A stretch of DNA of 64,000 nt. Source: a virus (Duplodnaviria > Caudoviricetes). A program made the translations under genes and the position numbers. The stretch covers positions 2,705 to 66,704 of IMG/VR virus record IMGVR_UViG_3300033066_000811; one strand, 5' to 3'. This document shows positions 1 to 9,373 of this stretch, one piece after another. The notes under the pieces were generated by a model. That model did no database searches. It was not told the DNA's origin and saw only the letters and a list, made by a program, of their open reading frames with translations. Numbering within the stretch: position 1 is the stretch's first letter; each line of letters starts with the position of its first letter.

Positions 1-1447
1 GAAAGTATTTGAACTCGTCAATAAATTCCTCATTCCATCTTCCCGGTTTCAACCAGACATTTCCACCGTTGACTTGAGTGGAGAATGCGTCTGCTCTTGC
101 TGCTTTACCAGCACCGGCGGTATGTCTGTTAGGAGTAATCTTTTTGACATTAAATCCTGCCATTTTTCGGAAGGTAATGTCTACAGATTGTTTTCCACCA
201 GAACCCCCTTCCTGTTCAATTCCGACAATAACGTGCATACCATCTTCTCTTGCAGTATTCAGCATCATTTCATCGCGTGCGTAGCTGTCAAGTTGGAAAC
301 GTATGACATCATATATGACGTATCTGTGGTCTTCATCAACACCCATAAGAACCCCAACAGTAAAATTACCTCCGCCAAGTGAACCGGCTTTATCCCAAAA
401 CCTGCAAAATCGAGTACACTTCGGAACTGTCGGTTCTCGTCTGAATTTGTCAACAAGGAACTGACCTCCTTCAAGGGGAATGGGACTCTGACCGTATTGC
501 CCTGCAAAGGCAAACTTACCGATCTTCCGTTTGATATCATCCAGAACTTTTCTAGTTAGTCGTTTAGGGTCCATCAGACCATCAACGTACTTGTCTCTCA
601 ATTCTGGAGGAAAGACAGGATAATTATTCTCAGCAGGTAGAACAAGTCTCTTTACATTGGAATTGTTCATCATCACTTCAGAAGGATCGCCAAGTCCTAA
701 TCTCTGTTGAACAAGTAAAGTCACAGATGTAGCTTTATTTGTCTTTCTACCAGAGATTTCTTCCGCAATCCATTTGTTTGCGGCAGTCAAGTCTGCAACA
801 GACCCGGCACGTTTAGGGTCAACAGGGTCATCTAGGATAATCGCGTGAGCGTGATAACCGATAACTGACCCACCAACTGATGTCGCAAAACGCAAACCCC
901 CTTTAGTTGTTACAAACAAGTGTTTAGTATTCTGATCGTCTGTCAATTCAACATCAGGAAACATTTTTTTGTATTTTTCGGATGTCACAATCAGGCGGGC
1001 ACGTCTGGACAATTCAAGTGACAGTTCATGTGAATATGAACCACAGATAAACTTGAATGAAGGAAACTTTGCCCATGCCCATCCCATAGGCATCATTGAA
1101 CAGAGAAGAGACTTACTTGTACCGGGTGAGATATTGACAAGGATATCATTATCACACGGAAGTCCTTTCATGACACGTTCTAATGCTTCCTGAACTCTGG
1201 AACAGATTTCTGACATGTGCCAGTTCCATTCCAGTTTTTCAGCAACAACAATATCCCATGCCCATTGGACATAGGATTCATAATCCTCTTCAAGAATCTT
1301 TCTCTTAAGTTTGTCAGTATTTATTGCAATTGATTGAAGTACAGATAAGTCAAATCTGGGCGGACTCTGTTCCTTTGGAGTCTCTGGTTGATGGACAACG
1401 TTGACTCTTTTCTTTTTCTTTTTGTAAGTTATCCATGAAGCAACCAT
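1..1447 (-). CDS. terL: terminase large subunit (3' end runs off the window)
   Basis: Not in the ORF track; translated by hand from ATG 1447: MVASWITYKK...ILVNISPGTSKSLL (Walker A)...AIILDDPVDP (Walker B)...RFWDKAGS (nuclease Asp)...WNEEFIDEFKYF; open to position 1; directly follows terS. Confidence 0.9.
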   Translation of the reverse strand, partial: MVASWITYKKKKKRVNVVHQPETPKEQSPPRFDLSVLQSIAINTDKLKRKILEEDYESYVQWAWDIVVAEKLEWNWHMSEICSRVQEALERVMKGLPCDNDILVNISPGTSKSLLCSMMPMGWAWAKFPSFKFICGSYSHELSLELSRRARLIVTSEKYKKMFPDVELTDDQNTKHLFVTTKGGLRFATSVGGSVIGYHAHAIILDDPVDPKRAGSVADLTAANKWIAEEISGRKTNKATSVTLLVQQRLGLGDPSEVMMNNSNVKRLVLPAENNYPVFPPELRDKYVDGLMDPKRLTRKVLDDIKRKIGKFAFAGQYGQSPIPLEGGQFLVDKFRREPTVPKCTRFCRFWDKAGSLGGGNFTVGVLMGVDEDHRYVIYDVIRFQLDSYARDEMMLNTAREDGMHVIVGIEQEGGSGGKQSVDITFRKMAGFNVKKITPNRHTAGAGKAARADAFSTQVNGGNVWLKPGRWNEEFIDEFKYF

Positions 1448-1449
1448 GA

Positions 1450-2253
1450 TTATACCCTCTCGACAATTTCAGCGTCTTGGATTGTCTCTTGTTCCTGTGC
1501 CTTCTCAAGCATCAGAAGAATTTGTTTCTTTTCAGCAGTGGGGAGTCTTTCCATGATACGGTCAAAGGAATGGGTATGGTCAACTGAACCTTTAATCTCA
1601 ACAGTCTTTTTGTTATCCCCATATCCTCTGTCAGCATTCAATGCCTTATTTGCATGAATAGTTGCTGTCACATCCCCCTTCTTAATCAGCTTGAACATAC
1701 TTGATTCGACAAAGTTCTGTTTATGCCATCGTATTTCATCACAGAGTTTTTTGAAGTCATCGTTCTTTAACCAGTTATCAAAAGTCTTCTTGGAGATACA
1801 GACCTTTCTGCAAGCTGCGGAAAGATTGAATGAAGAGACAACGTAGGCATGAAGAAACAGTTGTTGTCTTACATGAAGGGGTTTCTTTTGGAACAGACTT
1901 TCTATTCTCTGTTCCCTGTAAACACTCTTACTGTATCTGTGAATCTTGTCCCACAATCTCTGCATCGGTGGTGACAAACTATTGTACATATACTTGATGA
2001 TTGTGTCAGCCGAGTTTCCTTTGTCATCTTTCTCTCTGGCTTTCTTCAGAGCATAGGCGATTACAGGTCTATTTGCCCTCCAGTCGATCAGTGTATCTTT
2101 GGATATCTTTAGGACTTTACATATCTGTTTGTTCGTGAATCCATTTCTTGCCATGTCATAAACATCAACAGGAGTTGTATGAGGGTCATATTTCTTACCC
2201 TTCAATACAACAAACTCTTTATCTTTCCTTTTCTTTCGTCTTGTTACGGGCAT
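1450..2253 (-). CDS. terS: terminase small subunit-like protein with two HTH-like segments
   Basis: Immediately upstream of terL; HTH-like motifs (GFTNKQICKVLKISKDTLIDWR; FNLSAACRKVCISKKTFDNW); C-terminal KKTVEIKGSVDH typical of TerS. Confidence 0.7.
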   Translation of the reverse strand: MPVTRRKKRKDKEFVVLKGKKYDPHTTPVDVYDMARNGFTNKQICKVLKISKDTLIDWRANRPVIAYALKKAREKDDKGNSADTIIKYMYNSLSPPMQRLWDKIHRYSKSVYREQRIESLFQKKPLHVRQQLFLHAYVVSSFNLSAACRKVCISKKTFDNWLKNDDFKKLCDEIRWHKQNFVESSMFKLIKKGDVTATIHANKALNADRGYGDNKKTVEIKGSVDHTHSFDRIMERLPTAEKKQILLMLEKAQEQETIQDAEIVERV

Positions 2254-2421
2254 ACCTTTAATAACTCCATTGGACTATTGGACAAAAAGATTCCCATTCC
2301 GAACCATTGTATCTTCGGTGTACATTCGTGCAATAAAAAAAGGTAAGTGTGTCGTATTGTCATGTACTTTCCCCTACAAATTTAAGGAAGAAAAAATTTT
2401 GAAAAAAACGTAAACCAATGG

Positions 2422-2450
2422 TTGATACTGGCATGAAATTTTCGTATAAC
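2422..2450 (+). promoter_or_regulatory. sigma70-type promoter (TTGATA-17-TATAAC) for the topoisomerase gene
   Basis: -35 at 2422-2427, 17-nt spacer, -10 at 2445-2450, A-tract upstream. Confidence 0.6.
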
Positions 2451-2490
2451 TTTGATTCTGAAAACCTTTTACCCTAAAGGACGGTTGAAA

Positions 2491-3681
2491 ATGAATGCGA
2501 AACAGAAGAAACTTGACAAGGAAATCAGCCTTCTGTCAAAACGAAAGGAAACCCCTGAAACAAAGAAAGCGATTAACAAACTGAAAAGGGAGTATAACCA
2601 AGTTTGGAAAGACGAATTGGTCAAATATATAGGAAAGAAAATTGACGGGATGGTGGATTATCAGTCATTTCTAGAATACTGTCTGGAAAATAACATATCA
2701 CACTCTCTACCGGGAGGGTTTACAGGATATATTGACAAAGATCGCAAGTGGTACACTGTGGACGAAGATTTAGTCAATGGTGCCCCTAATTCTTTTATGT
2801 TCCCTACCGTCAAGATGAACCCATCATTTGACAAAGAATCTTCACCTTGGGTATTCGTAGCTATCAGACAAGACGGAACCCAAGGAAACTACTTTTACTG
2901 CAAATCATTTGTCAAAGAACAACGCAACAAAAAGTTTATGAACGTAAGGTCACTTCTGGATTGTATTGACAAGGTTCGTGCCAAGTGGTTGAAACTGATA
3001 AATGAGTTTGACGAGTCAAATCCAGACAGTGTTGCGGCAGTTGTACTGGAATTGCTCTTTCAGTTTTCCGCCCGTATAGGTTCCGATGGGAATGGAACAC
3101 GGGAAGGGAAAAAAACCTACGGTATTGTCACACTTCGCAGAAAGCATGTTAGGGATTGTTCCAAAGGACTCATTTTCCGTTACCTTGGAAAAGACGCAGT
3201 TAAGACAAAACATATCTGGTTCCCTTCGGATAAACAAAAACATGACATACTGTGCATAATCTCTGACTTGCTCGAAAACAAGAATCCCTCAGACTTTGTG
3301 TTCACCTATCGTTGTAAGAATGGAAAACGAAAACCAATTCAACCGAGTGTCGTAAACAGACTATTCAAGAAACTCGGGGCGGGAGATTGTACAGTTCATA
3401 AACTTCGGACATATCATGCTACGGCACTAGCGGAAAGACTGATTGAAGAAATGTTTGTCACTCGCAAAAAGTTCATGAACGAAAAGAAAGCAGCGGAAGC
3501 ATTAGTCAAGATTGCAGAAAAGGTAGGCAAACAATTAAACCATGTACGGAGGACAAAAGAGGGACGGCAGAAAGTAACAGGTATGACAGCATTGAACAAC
3601 TATATTGACACAATCTTACAGAAGAAGTTTTACGAACACTACAAAATTCCCTTCCCTAAGTATCTGGAGAAAATGCTGTAA
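2491..3681 (+). CDS. DNA topoisomerase IB
   Basis: TopIB catalytic pentad in order: SARIG (R), YLGKD (K), HKLRTYHAT (R), LNH (H), LNNYID (Y); start placed at ATG 2491, downstream of the promoter. Confidence 0.9.
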   Translation: MNAKQKKLDKEISLLSKRKETPETKKAINKLKREYNQVWKDELVKYIGKKIDGMVDYQSFLEYCLENNISHSLPGGFTGYIDKDRKWYTVDEDLVNGAPNSFMFPTVKMNPSFDKESSPWVFVAIRQDGTQGNYFYCKSFVKEQRNKKFMNVRSLLDCIDKVRAKWLKLINEFDESNPDSVAAVVLELLFQFSARIGSDGNGTREGKKTYGIVTLRRKHVRDCSKGLIFRYLGKDAVKTKHIWFPSDKQKHDILCIISDLLENKNPSDFVFTYRCKNGKRKPIQPSVVNRLFKKLGAGDCTVHKLRTYHATALAERLIEEMFVTRKKFMNEKKAAEALVKIAEKVGKQLNHVRRTKEGRQKVTGMTALNNYIDTILQKKFYEHYKIPFPKYLEKML

Positions 3682-4130
3682 TGCCATACATTGCAAAAAA
3701 GAAAAAGTGGATAGTCAGAGTAAAGAAAGTCAAAAAGGTAAAGGATAATCACAAGTTTGAAATTGGTCTGGATTTTGACAAACCTGATGGGGCAATCATT
3801 CTGGCTGCCCTATCACTCATGGGAACAGTATTAAAGAATCCTGAAAAGCTAAAGGACAAAAAAACAAGGGATGATCTTGAATGGACTCTTTCTGGTAAAC
3901 TGGAGACTCTCGGAGTTCCGGCGGGAAAGAGAAAGATAACTCAGAATGATATCGAAAAATGTATGACTAAAATATATCACATATTCACGAAAGGATACAG
4001 TAGTCCGACAAAAGTAAACAAGGCAATGTTCAACACAATCTTCTGGCCTGACTTCTCTGGAGGATTTGTGGTTAAAGCAAACGAAGTCATTGATGTTACT
4101 TCCAACAAAACCAAACTACGGAGTTATTAA
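3681..4130 (+). CDS. hypothetical protein
   Basis: 149-aa ORF translationally coupled to TopIB (TAATG overlap). Confidence 0.6.
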   Translation: MPYIAKKKKWIVRVKKVKKVKDNHKFEIGLDFDKPDGAIILAALSLMGTVLKNPEKLKDKKTRDDLEWTLSGKLETLGVPAGKRKITQNDIEKCMTKIYHIFTKGYSSPTKVNKAMFNTIFWPDFSGGFVVKANEVIDVTSNKTKLRSY

Positions 4131-4131
4131 C

Positions 4132-4917
4132 ATGCTTAGGACTATTTACCTTTCTCACAATACCGCACAAGCAGAAGTTCAGGGAGTAAAGGATATTCTG
4201 ACTGAAATGATGGAGATTATGGAATTTGGGTTGTTGGACATTCCTGCCGATGATCGTCCAGATCGTGTCAAACAACTGATGTTTGAAGTGACTAAATGTG
4301 TTCAACCTCTCTTGCAGGAATACATTGAAATAAAGACTGGAACGGGAAGGTATTTAGACACAAATTTTCTGCCCCCTTCGATCAACCATTTGTCAGATAT
4401 TCAGAAAGCGTTCGGGATTCTGATTGAAAGGCAGATTGCAAAGATTGATAACACGGACCCGGAAAAGGAAAAGAAACTGATTGACTTCGAGAAGTATAAA
4501 TTGCTGTTCACTCAGAACGTATTCTGTCTGAGTTACCTGCTGATTGAAAGACTTACTGATTTATCTGACATTCCTGAAGGGAGTTGGTTCCGATCATGTA
4601 TCGGAGGGAAGTTTATGACTATCTTTGGGAATTATCCAATGTGTCCAATATCCGTACCAAACATTCTGTTCATGGGCATCACTGGAATGTCCAACGATCA
4701 GAACGCTTTGATTGTCAGAAATAACTACGACCATCTTTTCCAGCAAGCCATCACAAAGAAAGGACATATAAAGAAAGAAAAAAATATCCAGAAACTTCGC
4801 AGAGAGATATTGCATATAGCGGGAAAAATCAATACAGATATCACGTTCCATGTTTATAACAGTGACAAAAAGGAGGTTGAGACAAAAACGGAACCTGTGA
4901 AATTATTTGAAAATTAA
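4132..4917 (+). CDS. hypothetical protein
   Basis: Long ORF; ATG 4132 follows the previous stop. Confidence 0.65.
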   Translation: MLRTIYLSHNTAQAEVQGVKDILTEMMEIMEFGLLDIPADDRPDRVKQLMFEVTKCVQPLLQEYIEIKTGTGRYLDTNFLPPSINHLSDIQKAFGILIERQIAKIDNTDPEKEKKLIDFEKYKLLFTQNVFCLSYLLIERLTDLSDIPEGSWFRSCIGGKFMTIFGNYPMCPISVPNILFMGITGMSNDQNALIVRNNYDHLFQQAITKKGHIKKEKNIQKLRREILHIAGKINTDITFHVYNSDKKEVETKTEPVKLFEN

Positions 4918-4956
4918 AACCCCTTAACTGATTGACTTCACACTTAGGAGAATGAC

Positions 4957-6063
4957 ATGCCTTTCGTTTCAACAAAGAAAGTCACAAAGAAACCCGCTAA
5001 GGCCAAAGCAAAGAAAAAGGTCTTAGTCAAGCCTAAGTTAGCTGCACCTAAGAAGAAACCCGCTAAACCTGCCAAAAAGCCAGCAAGCAAGAGGAGGAAA
5101 CCCCTCCCCTTACCCCTTTCCCGGCCTGCCAAGGGGCCGAAAAAGGGGAAACCGGGCAAGAAAGCAACCAAGGCAATAAAACCCGTTAAAACGAAGCCTA
5201 GACGTTCTGATGAGAATAAGAATGTAGTTAGTGTACAAAGTACACCAACTGTACAAACTCCCATTAAAAAGAAGAACCAACGGGAATGGTATGTCATAGC
5301 TGTTACACCGGGATACCGGGATGAGAAAGTCAGAAAAAACTTGGTCAGAGAAAGAAAGAAACTTGACAATGATGTAAGGAAACTGGTTGGAAAGATTCTT
5401 TCCCCTAAACACGAAATTGTCACTCTCGCTCCGGTTGGGAAAGATGAACGTCCTTTCATGGATGTCAAAGCACCACACGAAGAACTAGGATATGAAACTC
5501 CCAAAACTGTCAAAGTTGCAGGGAAATACAGTTTCATGAAGTATCTTCGAGTCGGAGAAGATAATCGAAAGAGAGAGGAAAAGGTCAAACGAGTTGCAAA
5601 GTTTCCCGGCTATCTGATTATTGAATGTCGTTTGACGGATGAAGTGAAGTCCTTTATTATGACAACAAAGGGAGTTCAATGTATCCTCATGAATCCCCAA
5701 AACATTGTCAGTATGAAAGACCAAGAAGCAGCGGAATTGCTTCTGGAAAAGAGAGATATTGACAATAGAAAGAAAAACCCTCCAAAGAAAGATGAACCGA
5801 AAAAGGATGACAAAACTTTCTCTTTCGATGACATAAAGAAAGAGGAAAGTAAGGAGCCTGTTCCGGTTGTGAACAACAATACTTTCGAGAAAGGGGAAAC
5901 AGTCCTTATAGAAAAGAAAGGCTATCCTTGGGATGGGTACAAGGCAATAATACAGAAAACAGACACAAGTATGGACAATGTAGTTCAGGTTGAAGTAGTA
6001 TTCATGGGATTCACTATTTCAATCATGGTTCCGGTATCTGTACTGAAGAAGGGAGTCAAGTAA
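4957..6063 (+). CDS. nusG: NusG-family transcription factor with Lys/Ala/Pro-rich N-terminal extension
   Basis: NGN motifs REWYVIAVTPGYRDEKV, KFPGYLIIEC, IMTTKGVQCIL; KOW motif FEKGETVLIEKKGYPWDGYKAII...VEVVFMG; AGGAG RBS. Confidence 0.8.
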   Translation: MPFVSTKKVTKKPAKAKAKKKVLVKPKLAAPKKKPAKPAKKPASKRRKPLPLPLSRPAKGPKKGKPGKKATKAIKPVKTKPRRSDENKNVVSVQSTPTVQTPIKKKNQREWYVIAVTPGYRDEKVRKNLVRERKKLDNDVRKLVGKILSPKHEIVTLAPVGKDERPFMDVKAPHEELGYETPKTVKVAGKYSFMKYLRVGEDNRKREEKVKRVAKFPGYLIIECRLTDEVKSFIMTTKGVQCILMNPQNIVSMKDQEAAELLLEKRDIDNRKKNPPKKDEPKKDDKTFSFDDIKKEESKEPVPVVNNNTFEKGETVLIEKKGYPWDGYKAIIQKTDTSMDNVVQVEVVFMGFTISIMVPVSVLKKGVK

Positions 6064-6650
6064 TGTCGAAAAAGGAAATAGTGAAACGGAATAAACGATT
6101 CGATGATGTAAAGGACATTGTTACCAATGCCGCAAGATTCATTCTATCTTCTGTGGATGCAGTAGCAGAAGCACCGGGAGTCGCTTTTCTAGGATTTGTC
6201 AAAGCACTGGAAGGATTCAAGAGTGACAAAGGAATGGAGTTTGAGGACTTTGCAAAGTATATGACAATATACGAAGCAAAAAAAGTTAAGAAGTTTCTGC
6301 TGGATATCAAAAAGTCCAAAAAGGTGTATTACTTCCCTGATGATGACCTTCAAAGTATTCCAAGCAACAGTGATATTGAACAGGAAAATGTCTGGCTTGA
6401 AGTCGATGAACGGTTATCTCAGGACGGAAAACATCTTTTGGACCTTATCATTCGTGAAGAGGGAATGAAAGATATTGTTGACTTGTTTGCAAAGAAAGAA
6501 ATGGTATTTGACAAATACTCACGTTCCTATGGAAGAGTCTGGAGAAGGGAATTAAAGAATCAATGTACAATATGGGAGGAATGGACTCAACAACGATACG
6601 ATGAAGCATTCAGGGAAGTCAAAAATCTTTACAGAGCAATCTCAGCATGA
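6063..6650 (+). CDS. putative sigma-factor-like protein (region 2-like)
   Basis: AFLGFVKALEGFKSDKGMEFEDFAKYM resembles sigma70 region 2 (GxxGLxKAxExFDxxKGxxFxTYA); no clear region 4. Confidence 0.45.
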   Translation: MSKKEIVKRNKRFDDVKDIVTNAARFILSSVDAVAEAPGVAFLGFVKALEGFKSDKGMEFEDFAKYMTIYEAKKVKKFLLDIKKSKKVYYFPDDDLQSIPSNSDIEQENVWLEVDERLSQDGKHLLDLIIREEGMKDIVDLFAKKEMVFDKYSRSYGRVWRRELKNQCTIWEEWTQQRYDEAFREVKNLYRAISA

Positions 6651-8035
6651 CTAAAAAAATAAAACCTTTCCCTTTCCAACTGGAAGGGATTGAAGCTATA
6701 CAGGACTTTGGAGGGGTAGCTTTACTTGCGGACGAAATGGGACTTGGAAAGTCCTGTCAAGCTATCCGATGGTGGAGAAAATATACCGATAAGAACCTTC
6801 CGATTCTGCTTATCTGTCCTGCTGGACTTAAATGGAACTGGAAGGATGAAATTAAAAAATGGGCACCAAAGTACACAGTAGTTACTTTGTCAACAAAAAC
6901 CCCTTTTGACTATAAACCAAAGAAAGAGGCTTTCTACAAAAAAGTCTATATAATTAACTATGACATTCTGAAGGCATGGTTGCCTTGGTTAAAGAAAATA
7001 CCATTCTCGACCGTAGTGATGGATGAATGTCACTTAATCAAAAACAGAAAATCACAGAGAAGCAAGGCATCAAAGTCAATCTCTTTGAAAATACCACACC
7101 GGATATTATTGTCCGGTACTCCGTTGACAAACATGCCTGCGGATTTATGGGTTGCATTGAACATTCTGGACAGAAAAGGATTCCCTAGTTTCTTTGCGTT
7201 CTGTTCTGAATACGCAAAACCAAAGAAAACCCCTTGGGGATGGACTTTCAAGGGAGCAAAGAATCTTGGCAAACTTCACAGAATTCTCAAACGTAGCTAC
7301 ATGATAAGACGGTTGAAGAAAGATGTCCTGAAAGACCTTCCAGATAAAGTACATACCGTTGTTCCTATTGACCTGCTTCCAGCACAAAGGAAAAAATACG
7401 ATAAGGCAAAGTTTGATTTTCTTCGATGGGCAAACAAGAAACAGCACACTATGTCAAAGAGCCAGTTTGAAACTGTCTCCAAGACAAAGATGATGAAGTT
7501 AAAGACGGTGGTCGGTAAACTGAAAATGAACTTTCTTGTCGAATGGATCGAAAACTTTCTGGAAGAGAACGACGGGAAACTGATTGTGTTCGGGATTCAC
7601 AAGAAAGTCCTGAAACAATTACATGACAAGTTTGAAAAGATCAGTGTGCTGGTAAACGGTGAAGTGTCCATGAAGGACAGAAAGGTACGGACGAAGCGAT
7701 TCCAGAAAAAAGAAAACTGTCGCATCTTCTTTGGGAATATCCATGCTGCTGGAACTGGTTGGAATGGTTCAATGGCGAATACGGTATTGTTTGTCGAACT
7801 GGACTGGGTTCCTGCAAACATGAACCAAGCGTCTGACAGACCTCACCGTATTGGTCAGAAAGGGAATACCAGTGTCTACTATCTTGTGGCAAGAAACACA
7901 ATCGAATACACCTTGTGTAAAATGCTACAGGACAAGCAGGGTATCTCCGATGAAGTCTTAGATGACAAAAAGAACGTAAAGAATCTTGAACTGCATAAAC
8001 AACTGTTACAGAAACTCTTGAAGGAAAAGAAATGA
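6647..8035 (+). CDS. SNF2-family helicase/ATPase
   Basis: LLADEMGLGKS, VVMDECHLIK, LLSGTP, QASDRPHRIGQ. Confidence 0.9.
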   Translation: MTKKIKPFPFQLEGIEAIQDFGGVALLADEMGLGKSCQAIRWWRKYTDKNLPILLICPAGLKWNWKDEIKKWAPKYTVVTLSTKTPFDYKPKKEAFYKKVYIINYDILKAWLPWLKKIPFSTVVMDECHLIKNRKSQRSKASKSISLKIPHRILLSGTPLTNMPADLWVALNILDRKGFPSFFAFCSEYAKPKKTPWGWTFKGAKNLGKLHRILKRSYMIRRLKKDVLKDLPDKVHTVVPIDLLPAQRKKYDKAKFDFLRWANKKQHTMSKSQFETVSKTKMMKLKTVVGKLKMNFLVEWIENFLEENDGKLIVFGIHKKVLKQLHDKFEKISVLVNGEVSMKDRKVRTKRFQKKENCRIFFGNIHAAGTGWNGSMANTVLFVELDWVPANMNQASDRPHRIGQKGNTSVYYLVARNTIEYTLCKMLQDKQGISDEVLDDKKNVKNLELHKQLLQKLLKEKK

Positions 8036-8913
8036 ATCTGACAGAGTTGTTGCAGAAGCACGGAGCAAAGATAGCTCCACAGGGGAACAAGTACAACAGA
8101 CCAAACTGGACTAACATTGTTTGTCCTTTTTGCGGTCATTTATATCCTGATAAATACCACTGCGGTATCAACAATACCTTCGGAACTGTCAATTGCTATA
8201 ACTGCGGTCCCGGAAAATCATTGAAAAGGGTATTGCAGAAAGTCAGTAGTTCTTCCTACAAAGAATTGTCAGATGATGTAGGAAAAATCAAGTGGGAGAA
8301 ATACAAGGAAACAGGTCTTAATACAGGTTTCAAATATACGGAACCTGATTTTGTGGGAGAACTGAAGAAAGGTCACATTGAGTATCTGAAATCCAGAAGA
8401 CTTAATGTGGATGAAATTGTAAAGATATGGAACCTGAAAGGAATCGGAATCGCTCCAAGATTGTCATGGAGAATCTTCATCCCTATTTACTTTCAGGGAA
8501 AGAAAGTTTCTTGGACAACACGATCAATAGGAAAAGCCGGTTATATGTCAGCTTCTAAAAGGGAAGAAACAATTGACCATAAGCAGATTCTCTATGGAGA
8601 AGACTATGCCGGAGAAACAATATGTGTCCATGAAGGACCTTTTGATGTTATTACGACTGGTCCGGGAGCGGTTGGAACTCTCGGAATTGGATATACACAG
8701 TCTCAGCTTATCAGAATTGGAAAACATCCTAATAGATATATCTGCTTTGACAATCAACCGTCTGCCATTGAACGAGCGAAAAATCTCAAAGATGAGTTGT
8801 CTATCTTTGGAGGAAAGACCAGTATTCTTATTATTGATGCGAAAGACATAAATGAAGCATCTGACAAAGAGAGACGATTGCTGAGAAGAACTGTATTCGG
8901 GAAAAAACACTAA
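8032..8913 (+). CDS. DNA primase (Zn-binding plus TOPRIM)
   Basis: CPFC...HCGI...CYNCG Zn site; VHEGPFDV; ICFDNQ. Confidence 0.8.
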   Translation: MNLTELLQKHGAKIAPQGNKYNRPNWTNIVCPFCGHLYPDKYHCGINNTFGTVNCYNCGPGKSLKRVLQKVSSSSYKELSDDVGKIKWEKYKETGLNTGFKYTEPDFVGELKKGHIEYLKSRRLNVDEIVKIWNLKGIGIAPRLSWRIFIPIYFQGKKVSWTTRSIGKAGYMSASKREETIDHKQILYGEDYAGETICVHEGPFDVITTGPGAVGTLGIGYTQSQLIRIGKHPNRYICFDNQPSAIERAKNLKDELSIFGGKTSILIIDAKDINEASDKERRLLRRTVFGKKH

Positions 8914-8925
8914 CAGGAGTATGAC

Positions 8926-9243
8926 ATGGACTATGATCCCGACCGTATTCTTATGCTCAGTGGCGGTCTTGGGGAAATGGATAAAACTCAGTTAAGAAAA
9001 TATGCTGAGATTCTTTTGGACCAAATTATAAAATATGAAACTGGAGAAAATTGTTACAGACTTGTCAAAGTTAAGCAAGGAAAAGGGCTTATAGAAGAAG
9101 AATTGACAAATGGAACAAGAGAGGCTTGTATCCAATGCGGTGAAGTCTTGAAAAAACAATATCCTGAATCTGTCATAGCTGTGATAACGGGAAGACTTGT
9201 TATTTGGCCTGAAATGAACTTTGGGGAATTGTTGCGTATTTAA
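8926..9243 (+). CDS. hypothetical protein
   Basis: 105-aa ORF with AGGAG RBS. Confidence 0.6.
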   Translation: MDYDPDRILMLSGGLGEMDKTQLRKYAEILLDQIIKYETGENCYRLVKVKQGKGLIEEELTNGTREACIQCGEVLKKQYPESVIAVITGRLVIWPEMNFGELLRI

Positions 9244-9270
9244 TTCTTGAAGAGATTCAGTCATTTTGTT

Positions 9271-9307
9271 AAAAAAGGAAGACCTGAGCAACGCACTCAG
9301 GTCTTCC
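9271..9307 (-). terminator. intrinsic terminator oriented for minus-strand (antisense) transcription
   Basis: 12-bp stem GGAAGACCTGAG (9277-9288)/CTCAGGTCTTCC (9296-9307); U6 run only on the minus strand (A6 at 9271-9276). Confidence 0.55.
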
Positions 9308-9344
9308 CTCTTACCGGAACGGGCAAGGTTACACAAGAAAGGGT

Positions 9345-9373
9345 ATGGTAATGAAAGGCAAAAAGGTCGTCAA
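9345..9373 (-). promoter_or_regulatory. putative antisense sigma70 promoter TTGACG-17-TACCAT
   Basis: Minus-strand -35 at 9373-9368 and -10 at 9350-9345, pointing at the terminator about 70 nt downstream. Confidence 0.4.

Noticed and set aside
2491-3681. Tyrosine integrase / lysogeny module
   Set aside because: Motifs (GKD, KLRTYHAT, NYID) fit TopIB; no att-like context or repressor/antirepressor switch is seen.
5229-5243. 15-nt match TAGTGTACAAAGTAC between nusG and 31901-31915
   Set aside because: Single coding-region match in AT-rich DNA; plausible by chance, and no further copies were seen.
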